Shown here piece after piece: positions 1-12,260 of a stretch of 64,000 bases of DNA (its first letter is position 1; each line of letters begins with the position of its first letter). This DNA is from the human T2T-CHM13v2.0 reference genome, Homo sapiens, in assembly GCF_009914755.1 (NCBI RefSeq), contig NC_060947.1; one strand, 5' to 3'. The position numbers were made by a program, and so were the translations under genes. Under the pieces are notes generated by a model. The model saw only the letters and a program-made list of their open reading frames with translations, searched no databases and was not told the DNA's origin.

Positions 1-71
1 GTCTTTTCACTACTGCAAAATCTATTACAATTAAAAATAAAGGACTCTGGCCAAAGTACTAAAAGCAGGCC

Positions 72-2778
72 TGTATTAGGTTGTTCTCACATTGCTATAA
101 AGAAATATCTGAGACTGGGTAATTTATAAAGAAAATAGATTTAATTGGCTCATGGTTCTGTAGGCTATACAGGAAGCATAGCGGTATGTGCTTCTGGGGA
201 GGCCTCGGAAAACTTACAATCATGGTGGAAGGTGAAGGGAAAGCGGGCATGACTCACATGGCTGGAACAGGAGGAAGAGAAAGAAGGGGTAGGTGCCACA
301 CACTTTTAAACAACCAGATCTCATGAGAACTCAGGACAGTATGAAGGGGGAAATCTACCCCCGTAATACAATCACCTCCCACCAGACATCATCTCTAGCC
401 TTGGGGATTACATTTCACCATGAGATTTGGGTGGGGACACATAGCCAAACTGTATCATTTCATCCCTGGCCCCTCTCGAATCTCATGTCCTTCTCACATT
501 GCAAAATCCAATCATCCCTTCCCAACAGTGCCCCAAAGTCTTAACTCATTCCAGCATTAACTCAAAAGTCCAAAGTCTCATCTGAGACAAGGCTAGTCCC
601 TTTCACTTATGGGAAAGAAAAAAAGTTACTTCCAAGATACAAAGATACAATGGCAGTAAAAGCATTGGTTAAATACTCCCATTCCAAAAGGGAGAAATCA
701 GCCCAAAGAAGGGGAATACAGGCCCCATGCAAGTCAGAAACCTAGCAGGGCAGTCAGTAAATATTAAAGCTCCAAAATAATCTTTTTTTTTTTTTGAGAC
801 GGAGTTTCACTCTTGCTGCCCAGGCTGGAGTGCATGCCTTCTGCCTTCAAGTGATTCTCCTGCCTCAGCCTCCAAAATAGCTGGGATTACAGGTGTGTGC
901 CACCACGCCTGGCTAATTTTGTATTTTTTTTTTAGTAGAGAGGGGGTTTCACCATGTTGGTCAGGCTGGTCTCGAACTCCTGACCTCAAGTGATCCACCT
1001 GCCTCGGCCTCCCAAAGTGCTGGGATTACAGGTGTGAGCCCCCGCGCCTGGCCCAAAGTAATCTTTTTTGACTCCGTATTCCATATCCAAAGCACTCTGA
1101 TACTCCCAAGCTCCACCCTTGTGGCTTTGCAGGCTTTAACCCCTGTGGTTGCTCTCATGGGCTGGCACTGAGTGCCTGCAGCTTTTCCAGGTGCATAGTG
1201 CAAGCTTCCAGTAGATCTAACATCACAGAGTCTGGAGGACGATGGCCCTCTTATCATAACTACACTAGACAGTGTCCCAGTGGGGATTACGTCTGGGGGC
1301 TCCAACCCCACATTTCCCCTCAACACTGCCTTAGTAGAGGCTCTCCATGAGGGCTTGGGCCCTGCAGCAGGCTTCTGTCTGGACATCCAGGTGTTTCCAT
1401 ACATCCTCTGAAATCTAGGTGGAGGCTCCCAAGCCTCAAGTCTTGCACACTGTGTAACGATAGACTTAACATAATGTGGAAGCTGCCAAGGCTTACAACT
1501 TGCACCCTCTGAAGCAGCAGCCTGAGCTGTACCTGGGCCCCTTTGAGCCACAGCTGGTGCTGGAGTGGTCAGGATGCAGGGAGCAGTATCCTGAGGCTAC
1601 ACAGAAAGCAAGAGCGGGTGGGGAGGGCTGGGCATGGCCCACAAAACCAACCATTCATTTCTCCTAGACCACTGGGCCTGTGACGGTAGAGACTGCTGTG
1701 AAGTCTCTGCAATGCCTTCAAGGCCTTTTTCCCAGGGTCTTGGCTATTAGCACTTGGCTCCTTTTCACTTATGCAAATTTCTGCAGCCTGCTTGAATTCC
1801 TCCCCTGAAAATAGGCATTTGTTTTCTACCACATGGCCAGGCTGCAAATTTTCCAAACTTTTATGCTCTGCTTCCCTTTTGAATATAAAGCTCCAGTTTT
1901 ACATCATTTGTTTGATCACATATATGAGCATATATTGTTAGAGGCAGCCAGCTCACATCTTGAATGCTTTGCTGCTTAGAAATTTCTTCTACCAGGTAAC
2001 CTAAATCATCACTCTCAAGTTCAAAGTTCCACAGATCCCTAGGGCAGGGGCACAATGCCACCAGGTTCTTGGCTAACACATAACAAAAGTGACCTTTGCT
2101 CCAGTTCCCAGTACGTTTCTTATTTCCATCTGAGACCTCCTCACCTCCTCAACCTGAACTTCATTGTCCAAATCACTATCAGCATTTTGGTCACAACCAT
2201 TCCACAAGTCACTAGGAAGTCCCAAATTTTCCCTCACCTTCCTGTCTTCTGAGCCCTCCAAAACCTTCCAATCTCTTCCCATTACCCAGTTCCAAAGCTG
2301 CTTCCGCATTTTCAGGTATCTTTGTAGCAGTGCCCCACTCCTGGATACCTTGGGCAGCCCTTCTTTTCTTTATAAATTATCCAGTCTCAGATATTTCTTT
2401 ATAGCAAAGCCATTCTCACATTGTTCTAAAGAAATACCTGAGACTGGGTAATTTATAAAGAAAAGAGGTTTAATTGGCTCACAGTTCTGTAGGCTGTACA
2501 GGATGTTTCTGCTTCTGGGGAGGCCTCAGAAAACTTGCGATCATGGCAGAAGGTGAGGGGGAAGCAGGCACATCTTACATGGCTGAAGCAGGAGGAAGAG
2601 AGAGAATGGAGAAGTACTACACACTTTTAAAAAACAAGATCTCATGAAAACTCAGGACAGTACCAAGGGGGAAATCTGCCCCCATAATTCAATTACCTTC
2701 CACAGTGCCCCACCTCCAGCCCTTGGGATTGTATTTCAACATGAGATTTGTGGGAGGACATAGATCCAAACCATAACA
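72..2778 (-). mobile_element. MaLR (MSTA/MSTB-like) provirus: LTR 72-457, internal region, second LTR ~2410-2778
   Basis: Reverse-complement MaLR LTR ends (tgtattagg...actgtatca; ...ccataaca). The two LTRs are similar. 5-bp TSD AGGCC at 67-71 and 2779-2783. Confidence 0.9.
783..1053 (-). mobile_element. AluS (Sq/Sp-like) inserted in the MST internal region, with an internal deletion
   Basis: poly-T then gagacggagtttcactcttg...cgcctggcc. Flanking near-duplicate caaaataatct / caaagtaatct. Confidence 0.92.
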
Positions 2779-4049
2779 AGGCCTAAATAAGGAAGGTAAA
2801 GATGAGAATAAAGCATACATTTGGGATTATTTGTGGGATTCATTTTCTGAGGATCCTCCTGTCCCTAGCCCAAGGTTTCCTTGAGAGTAGAATTCTGCCC
2901 AAGTGCTGGGACATGAGTCCTGATTCAGCACTTTCTTACATTACAGCACCTTTCCCCTAAGTATTCCCCAGTGTGCCTTCATATATAAACTGGCACCTTG
3001 TCTTCTACCGAGCTCTTCACTGCCTTCTCTGAAGATTGCACCCCTGTTTTCCGTGATACGGACAGACCAGAATCACTTGTCTGACTCTAGACTTAGAGCA
3101 TCCTGCTCTCTGCAGATGCCCCTTGGAGGTCCCATCCCTTTCAGTGGAACCTCTGACAGTGATGTTTAGATATCTGATTACCACAACCGCCCCTTCCACC
3201 CCACATCTTTAAGTAGTCTTAAAGTGTATTTCAAATGAACCAATTATTAGAGTCTGGTTATGATTTTTCACAGATGATGTACTGGTTCTTGGGATGTAAC
3301 TGAAGTGTGAAAGAAGGTTTTTTTTAATAACCCAGATTTTCAGTAGGATTTTTAAAGGGTGTGCTATTTGAGACCAGTCCCTGAACAAATGCACTGATGG
3401 GTGAGACTACCTAGATGGTCCAAAACAAAGCCACCTTCGTAAGTTGGAGGTGAGGAAAGGCCATGGAAATCACTGTGAAGCAAACATCTACTGAGGCCAA
3501 ATTCCTCAGCCCTCCTCCCATCAGAGTCTGTCTAAGAAGAAAAAAATGGCTTTTTGGCAGACATGCTGTGTTTGAACAGCAAAGATAAAAATAATTCACC
3601 ATTGTTGTGCTGCCTCTTATCTCACTACTGGTCCCAGAGGAAAATCCTGATTTTTTCCTTGTGCCAAATGGCACTTGTAAGTGTCCTGCACGTTCAGTCA
3701 TGTTGAGGTTTGCAGAATTCATAAGTCAAGATTCTTACCATGCAGAAATAGAAAGGTGCACATTCTTATCCTATTGACACTCAGTGCAGTGAGATCAGTG
3801 CAGAAAGGTGCTACTGAATGAAAAAGGAGAATTCCCCATGCTGAGATTTTACAGGGTCCTTTTGAAAATGAAATGTGATCCTGTATTTGAAAGCAACTGT
3901 CATGTAGGAGGCTGACAGAAATTGTTGAAGAATTGCAAGGCAAATTTGCCTCCTTAGAAACTCCACCAAGAAATGAAGAGGGTTGTTTTCATAACAAATT
4001 CTAATAATTATTCCTTTACCATGCACTTATTATGTAACAGTTAATGAGA

Positions 4050-4372
4050 GAGACTGCAAGTGCTCATCCACATGGTGTCTTACTCTCCTTTCTGGACTCA
4101 TGGGAAGACTGTATTACCCAGTTCACCTGTAGTTAGGAAGAATTATGTGACTTCCCTTGCCCCTGAAACATAAGCTATCAAGAGCTCATGCTGAGATGTA
4201 AAGCAACATGTTGGAGGCAGCCTGTATCTCTGGATCACCTGTTAGTGGAGACCCCTGCCCACTTACATCAGATTTTATGTGTATGAGATATGAACTTTTG
4301 TTGTTTTAAGCCGTTCAGTTGCTGATTTTGTATGTTGTATCAGCTAGCAGTTACTTTATATGATTAATGCAC
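4050..4372 (+). mobile_element. Old MLT1-type LTR fragment
   Basis: End resembles MLT1 3' part (ttttgttgttttaagcc...tgttgtatcagctagc). Boundaries approximate. Confidence 0.4.
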
Positions 4373-4399
4373 AGCTACTACTTTTGTGGTTGTATTAAA

Positions 4400-5090
4400 A
4401 TATTTTAATTACAAAGGTAATAGTACATATATTCTTGTTACCAAAAATTCTAACAGTATGGAATAAATCACAATCTCCCCCTTTCCTCAAAATTCAGCCC
4501 CCTCTCTGGAGGTAAACACAATTAATCTTGTATGTATCATTTTAAAGTTGATACTAGGCTTTTTTTTCATATATAGGTGTGCTATAAAAATATATTGAAT
4601 TCTTAATATGCATAGGTAACAATGTCCATATTGTTCTGCCTCTTGACCTGATGATTTAATAAAATGAGTGCAGGATATTTCCATGACAGCACATGTAGAC
4701 CCACCTCACTTTTTAACTACTCTCTAGAATTATTATGCTTGTACAATAATTAATTGATTTGTCTCCTGATGGACACATAAATTGTTTACCATTTGTTGCT
4801 ATGATTAATGAAACTAAAATGAACATTTTTGAACATGAAATCTTGAGGAAAATGTGCACACCTTCTCATAAGAAAGACATAGAGAAGTGCAAATTGGATT
4901 AAAGTGGGAAAGGTGTGAAGATTGAAATGTTTTACAAATGCTGTACTGCTGAAGTTCTGTTTCCAAAATGCTATACTACAGTTCCTAGTTTCTTAATGTA
5001 TATGAGTGCCTTATATTCTCAGAGACATTTACTTTTATCATCATTCTTTTACATTTTATTCAATCTTTGTGGTGAAAAATATTGTCTCAT
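4400..5090 (-). mobile_element. Old L1M 3' fragment
   Basis: Degenerate L1M-like text (aaattgtttaccatttgttgctatg; tgaaaaatattgtctcattgt). Confidence 0.5.
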
Positions 5091-5099
5091 TGTTATTCG

Positions 5100-5590
5100 A
5101 AGCCCATGGAACAGGTCTTTGGCCTTGAATTGAAAGAAGTCAACCTTATAGTCATTCTTCTTATGCCTTTATTAGGAAGCTGGATTCCCCCCAATGAGAG
5201 AAGTCTGAGTGGTGATAAGTGATTATCTAAGACCGTTGGTTTCCTAATGACTCTCCTGGGTGTGATCTTCTTGAAGGGCAACTGTCACACTGAAGAGAAA
5301 ATCTGGAAATTCCTGAATACAATGAAGGTGCAGGATAGAAGCTAACACTTCATCTATGGACAGCCAGAAAGCTCATTACCAGAAATTTGGTACAGGAAAA
5401 GTACCTGGAATACTGGCACGTGTCCAATAATTATCCTTCACTCTATGAGTTCCAGCAGGGTCAAAGAGCCCATGCTGAAACCAAAAAGATTAAAATCCTG
5501 GAAGTTTTGGCTAAGATCAATGATACCATCTGTAGTATCTTCCTGAATCTGTATGAAGAGTTTTCGAGAGATGAGAAAGAGCAGGAGTGA
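5100..5590 (+). pseudogene. MAGE-B pseudogene fragment (C-terminal part of the MAGE homology domain), 5'-truncated, with 3'UTR remnant to ~6170
   Basis: Translates to VFGLELKEV..., [30 protein letters not shown]..., RAHAETKKIKILEVLAKIND. Contains stops and frameshifts. Confidence 0.88.
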
Positions 5591-6171
5591 GACTAGCACT
5601 CCTATCTATGAACGGTGCATGTTCTGGGGCTACTGTCCCACTGCTTCTCCCATCTGTAATGAATAAATCTGAGTTAGTTTCTCCACTTTGTGGTTGAAGA
5701 AAGCAGTCAACAGTCTAAGTAGTGAGGGACTGGTATCGGACTGGAGGAAACACAATGTGTAACATTTTGTCTTCCTGTTTTATGTGTCAACACAGAGTTA
5801 CTTTTCTTTCTTTCTTCTTCTTCTTCCTTTCCTTTCTTTTGCTTTACTTCTTTTTCTTACTTTCATTCATTCTTTTATAGTTTCTTTCTTTCTAGTTCCT
5901 TTCTAAATGTTGCTTATTTTAATAGAAAATGTGAATAGCCTTACAATACAAATATATGAATCACCACTTCAATTATTCAATACATTTGTTGCTGTGTATC
6001 AGGTTTAAGAGTAGAAGCTTTCTATTTTATAAAACAAATGTGGGAATTTTCCATCTCATTTTATTATTTGGAACAGGATAACAGAGCATCAAGTGGGTGT
6101 TTCTTTGGAAATATGAAATAACTCAGTTGTAAAGTTTTGAGGCTCAAAAAACGGAGATCAAGTGAAATGTG

Positions 6172-8823
6172 TATGGATGTTATCCTATGCCTATCCCACC
6201 ACTGTGCACTGGATGTGTTAGGACTGATGACTAGTCTCTTTCATTTCACAGGTCCACAAATAGAGATATATTGTCCCCAGCTGGTATGCTTAATGAACTA
6301 CTCTCCACACAGCCTCATCATGTGCAGTTAGACCTGATTTAGATGATGAGACTTGAACTTTGAGCTGATGTTGTAATTGTGTCAGATTTTTGGGGACCTT
6401 GGAGGAAGGTAAATGTATTTCGAATAAGGTAGGGACATTAAACATTGGGACCTAGAGAATGGACTGTGGCTGACAGAATCTCATGGGTATCCCATGAGCT
6501 CCACCTCCTGACAGTCATGCCTTTGTGTGTGACTATCCTTGAGCATTAGTAGGCCTGTGACTTGCTTCTATGTAATCAGTTATTGTAAAGATGATGAAAT
6601 GACATCCTCATGATTATATGTGTTGAGGAAACAGAAACAAAATATCTTGCTAACGCAAAAATACCTCTCCACAAAATATATGGCAAATAAAAAACAATTC
6701 AGACTTAGTAAGAACGGATTTTTCTCAAAAATAATTATTGCAAGAGAGACTTTTGAAGTAGGTGGAGACTACTGCAATAGGAAGAACACTGTGACTATAA
6801 GATCTGCAAGTATCTCAAGAGTTAGGCAGTTTTTCTTTTATAGAGAGAAATAAACAAAGCTAGAAAGAACCAGGTGTGTGAGGAAGTGGGATGAAAGGCT
6901 GTTGTGACTTGATAGTTGATTAGAGAATTTTTACCGAGGCCAATCCATGCTCAAGAGGGGTTGCATACTGGCTTAGCCGAGAGTGGGCCAAAGTTCAGGA
7001 GCGTTGAGGAAAAAGAAAATCCTAACCAAAGTTTGGCCAACAAGTATTTTGTTTCGATTGATTAGTAGAAACAAGGAGTTTATTTATCATGTACAAGGAA
7101 AAGAAAGGGAATATTGAGGATCTTTGGCCTTGTCATCGGTAAACCAGAGAGGCTTCCATGAGTCTTGTCTAAGTCACGTGGTGAAGAGTGGTTCTTTCCA
7201 ATAAACCTTTTTCTGCTAGAATACAAAGTTGGGGGCTCAAGGGGGAAAAGAAAGCTTCTTAACCTTCACTGTTTCCCAAGATCACAGGGCTTAGGTAAAC
7301 ATCAACATTATCATATAAGAAAGAAAAACAAGTTTTCTTGAGTAATCATTAAACTGGAATGTGATGCACATCATAGGCAATCCACTAAAGAGATACCAAA
7401 GACAGAAAGCAATATCCACCTTTTATATAGCCAAGCCGATACAATCTGTTAAATACATATTCTTCATAGAAAGATAATTAGTCCTCAAGGAAGAGAACTT
7501 GATGGCACCATTTGTCACACAGAGTCCTTTCTAAATTCACTTAAAAATTAAGGTGGCCTTCTGTGTTGGCTAATTGTTTTCATCAAAAGGGAAAACAATC
7601 CTGAGCTATAAAACTGGCAAGTGGCTTATTTAGCTTATAAAAGAAAATATTTTATATTTATAGTTTCTCTGAAGTAAATGCTCTAAGAAAAAAGGGTAGG
7701 GAAAATCCTCACTCCTTTTTCTACACCAGGAGAGAGGAATTAAAACAAAGTCAAAGTATCAGTTTTGTATTGCTCTTTAGTTTCTGAGGCTACCAGCAAA
7801 TCATCGAAGTATTAAACAATTAGAGAGTCCCCTAATGGGACAAATTACTCTAAGTTTTCCTGTAAATGGCTAGAGAAAATTGTAGGAGAGTCCTAAAGTT
7901 CTTGAGGAATCCTTTGCCATAAATACTGGACTTCTGTATAAGCAAACACAAGACTATAGACTCGTGTGCTAGAAGAACAGAAAAAGAGGGAGAATAAAAT
8001 CAGATCATAGATCAACTATAGAGAAAAATAAACATTGCAAATAATTGTACCAAAGTAACAAGTCAGAATAGTTGCATGATTGTGGGTTAATAGAATGATA
8101 CATTTATTTCTCTAAGATCTTATACAAATATATATTGCAGTCAATACTCTTTATAACATTTTACTTTCCTTCTTTACTGGAAATATGGTGGTATTATGTG
8201 GAGAGTGACTTTTTTCTTTTTGATTCTCCCCCTTCTGTGTCATTCTTTTAAAATTAGTTTTATTACTTCTAAATGAGCTCTTAACAAAAGATCTGGTTTT
8301 ACATATGGCCATGGCTTATTCTTTTGGTAAGCTATTTTTCACTGGTTCTATATGTTTAGTTAAACAAATTTCATTATTCTCCATAGCCCAAAGTGATGCA
8401 TAGATTTATTTCAGCTTAGAGTGCTTTTCCAGCATGGAGTGATACTGCCGTATTCTGCCATACCCTTTGTCTTTCAGAAGGCACATCTTAAAATCAGGTG
8501 TCTTTTCTTTTTCCAAGGAGCTCCACAGACACTTCATCCAGTGTATAAAACACAGTAACTTTACATTTGCACAGCAGGTTTCTTAGCTCTATTGCCAACA
8601 CAGTGACACAGTGAGTGAGTTTAGATTTTTCTCCATTTAGCATTCAGATGAGAACACAGCTCAGCTGATACCTTGAATGCAGACAGGTAAAACTCTAAAG
8701 CAGAAACCTCAGTTGAGTTTTGCCTGGACGCTTTATACACAGATACTGTGAGATAATAAATTTGTTTTTCTTACCTTGCTAAATTGGCGATACTTTGTTA
8801 TGCAGCAATAGAAAATGAATATA
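6172..8823 (+). mobile_element. MLT1 internal end plus LTR, interrupted at ~6620-8640 by other sequence
   Basis: MLT1-int-like 6172-6465, LTR start ~6466. LTR 3' end resumes ~8640-8823 (tttgttatgcagcaatagaaaatgaatata). Confidence 0.55.
6620..7750. mobile_element. Probable ERV LTR-type insertion(s) inside MLT1, family not assigned
   Basis: Abrupt break of MLT1 at tgttgaggaaac; LTR-like text (gactactgcaatagg). Confidence 0.3.
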
Positions 8824-9266
8824 AGAAAAATAGTCTATTATATTTACCCAGATAGTAACTCTTCCTTCTGGTTTTTCTTCATTCTTTATGTTCCAAGTTT
8901 CTAAGCCAAAAGTGTTACCTGTAACAGGTACAAATAAGTTCATGAAATATTTGAGTAAGGAGGAGTTGTTCTTATTGTCAAAGTTGAGGATAGCCGGAAG
9001 GAAGTATGTAGAATAGAGGTGGAAACCAACCTTGCTCTGGGCTAGGAAGTACCCATGATTGAGGAGGCAAGCAAGACAGCACCCATCCTCCTCCAGTTCC
9101 CCTCAGATTATGATCCTTTGGATCAATTTCTGGGTGACTTCTCCACATTTAAGCATAGGCTATCAGCCTAAATTACTTCCCTCTGGAGCCCCAAATACCA
9201 TTTACATGGTAGAGAGTCCTCATTTAGGCACACTTCCAAGGACAACCTGCCCTGTGTGGTTGTATT

Positions 9267-9322
9267 GTTTTGCCATTACTTTTAATGGCAAAAGCCACGA
9301 TTACTTTTGCACCAAACTAATA
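9267..9322. mobile_element. MADE1 mariner MITE, one arm truncated
   Basis: ttttgccattacttttaatggcaaaagccacgattacttttgcaccaaactaata matches the MADE1 consensus. Confidence 0.8.
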
Positions 9323-10469
9323 GTTCACTAGCTAGAGGAAGAGGCCCTCACAATGGGATCATTCTAAGCTGCCTGCCCACTGTGGAATTAACTCAATGTT
9401 ACTCCCTGCTTTCTGGCCTCTTTTCATTCAGAGTAGTCCTGAAAGCAACAAAGAGAGAGACTCCTCCCTTGCTCCATTAAGTACTCTAAACCTCAATTAT
9501 GAGCTTCTACAAGAGGGTTTCCCAGCTAAACACAAGAATGTGTAGGATGCCTCCACTTGGACAAAAGAGGGAGAGGGCCATGCTCCAAATTTTTTTTTTA
9601 ACCTTACATCAGAAATATTCATCCTGTTGAGGAATGAGGTAGGATACTGCTCCTGTCACATGTGGATAAGTTGGCACTGCCTCTAGGTCAGTAACATTTT
9701 GGTTCTCTTCAGTGTGTTTGTAATCATTCCTATATCCCTTAGTCACTACTTTTTATAACACTACTGTCAAATTTATACTTATTGGGAAAGCAGAGATCCA
9801 CAGGTCAGTGGGGAGAATGGTGCTGGTGTGCAGGTAGATGGAATGAACAGATCTTTTGGCCCAGGTAAGCTTTCTCCCAAGCCAGCAACAAGTCTCAACC
9901 ACTACTCTTTGAAAGTAAAGGTCCATAATGGTATCAGGGACAACAAATGGTATTGAGGGGGGAAAAGGGGAATAATGGAGTTACCATTTATTAGAAAGAC
10001 TTACCATTTCATCTCTTCCTCTCCAGCTCACATGTTACCCAGCCAGCCCTACTGTTATTCACTTGACTAGTGTCACCAGTCTTTCAGTACATAACTTCCA
10101 TACGTCCTGCTTGCCCAGTGCTGTTGTCTCCCTAGTTGAGAAAAACATATATGTAAAATTATTTTTATTCTTCTCTACTATTTTGTAAGTTTAAACATTT
10201 TCATCATAAAATATTTAAAGTAAGGACTTAATCCCTCCTAGAATGGATTTTTGTATAGTGTGAAGAAGTGTTCCAGACACTTTTTTTCATATTTGTATAT
10301 CCAGTTGTTCCACTGTCTTATTTTGGTAAAAATACTCTTCTTTATCCACTTCCCTGAAATGACATTTTTAATAATCGAGAATCCAGTCTATTTTAGGACA
10401 TTCTATTCAGTTCTCCTAGTCTATTTGCTTATCTCTGTAAGTATACCATAAATTTTAAATTACTATAGT

Positions 10470-10966
10470 ATTTTGAAATTTATTTTACTTGGTAAAAGTA
10501 ATTGTGCATATTTATGAGATACAATGTAATGTTTTGTCTGTGTATACATTGTAGAAAGATTTAATCAAACTAACATAGCCATCATCTCATCAACTTATGT
10601 TTTTTGTGGTAAAGACTTTAAAAATCCATTATTTTAGCAATTTTGAAATGTGCGATAATTATGATTAATTGTGGTCACCATGTAGTGCAATTGATTACAA
10701 AAACTTACCCCTCCAGTCTAACTGAAACTTTATATTCTTTGATCAACATCTCTCTATTCCCTATCCCCTACACCCCAGTTTCTGGTAACCTTTTACTCTC
10801 TGTTTCCATGAGATCTACTTTTTTAGATTGCACATATAAGTAAGATCATATAGTATTTTTCTTTCTGTTCCTAGCTTATTTCAGTTAGCATAATGTCCTC
10901 CAAGTCTATCCATGTTGTCATGAATGACAGGATCCCCTTCTTATTTAAGGCTGTATAGTATTCCAC

Positions 10967-11000
<34 letters not shown>

Positions 11001-11395
11001 CGTATATATACATATAAATATATAAACATTTTCTTTATCCATTCATCCTTTGAAGGGCACTTACATCACATCCATATCTTGGTTATTGGGAGTAATGCTG
11101 AAATGACTGATTTCAATTTCTTTGAATATATACCCAGAAGTAGGATTGCTAGATCATATGGTAATTCTAATTTTAGTTTCGGAGGAACTTCTATACCATT
11201 TTCCAAAATGACTGCACTAATTTACATTCCCACCAGCAGTGTAAAAGGATTCCCTTTTCTCCACATCATTGTCAACACTTGCTATCACTTGTCTTTTTTA
11301 TAAAACCAGTTCTAACAGGTGTGGGGTGATATCTCATACTGGTTTTAATTGGCATTCCCCTATATATTGGCCTATATATTTGGCATTTTTTTCCT
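10470..11395 (-). mobile_element. L1MA-type 3' end, containing (TA)n at ~10972-11020
   Basis: Typical L1MA 3'UTR text (ttttagcaattttgaaatg, ctagcttatttcagttagcataatgtcctcc, tacccagaagtaggattgctagatcatatgg). Confidence 0.75.
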
Positions 11396-11451
11396 ATATC
11401 ATTTGATCACGTGCAGGGGCAGAGTTGAAGCCTTTGATAAAAATTCAACAC

Positions 11452-11860
11452 AATCGAAACAATTGAACTCATGGACATGGGGAGTAGAAGGATGATTACC
11501 AGAGTCTGGGTAGGGTAGTGGGAGTTGAAGGGGATGTGGGGATGTGGGGATGTGGGGATGTGGGGATGTGGGGATGTGGGGATGTTTAATGGGCACAAAA
11601 ACATAGTTAGAAAAAATGAATAATACATATTATTTTATCACACATCAAGGTGACTATAGTCAATAATAACTTATTTGTGTATTTTAAAATAACTAAAAGA
11701 CTGTAATTGGATTGTTTGTAACACAAAGGATATATGCTTGAGGGGACTGATACCCCATTCTCCATGACATGCTTATTTCACATTGCATGCCTCCATCAAA
11801 ACATCTCATGTACTCCATAAATATATACACCCACTATGTCCACACAAACATTAAACAATG
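11452..11860 (+). mobile_element. L1MA (L1MA1-3-like) 3' end
   Basis: aaacaattgaactcatggaca...catctcatgtactccataaatatatacacc. Confidence 0.75.
11530..11585 (+). repeat. (GGGGATGT)7 perfect tandem repeat
   Basis: Directly read. Confidence 0.95.
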
Positions 11861-12260
11861 ACTAATACAAATTCAAGACAAGTACATGGCAATAACTTTT
11901 AGCACACTTACATATGAATGAAATTTCCATATGGTAAATTGTTGCCAAACCTTTGTAACTTTGAAATTAGAAGCATTCCCAATAAAGTCTGGAAAAACAC
12001 ACAGAGGTATGATACCACAAATCTGGATTGGCATGTGTAGCCAATAAAAAGCCATACATAAAAATACCAAAATAAATAAGAGGTATGAAATGGAAAAAAA
12101 ATACCATTCACAACACCAACAATACCTAAAACATACTTAAGTTGAAACCTTACTGAAATGTACAAGATCTTTATGGAGGCAATTATAAAAATTTACTGAT
12201 ACAGTTGGGAAAAAGTACCAAATACAGCAGTATTCTATGTTTATTCAGGAAAACAGAATA

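Noticed and set aside
961-2309. ORFs up to 196 aa in MST-int, and similar ones at 13038-14422
   Set aside because: Remnants of MaLR internal sequence plus Alu read-through. The similarity between the two regions reflects related transposon families, not a local duplication.
2800-4050. Apparently unique sequence with 60-103 aa ORFs on the - strand
   Set aside because: No recognisable protein family, poly(A) tail or TSD; cannot support a call without a database search.
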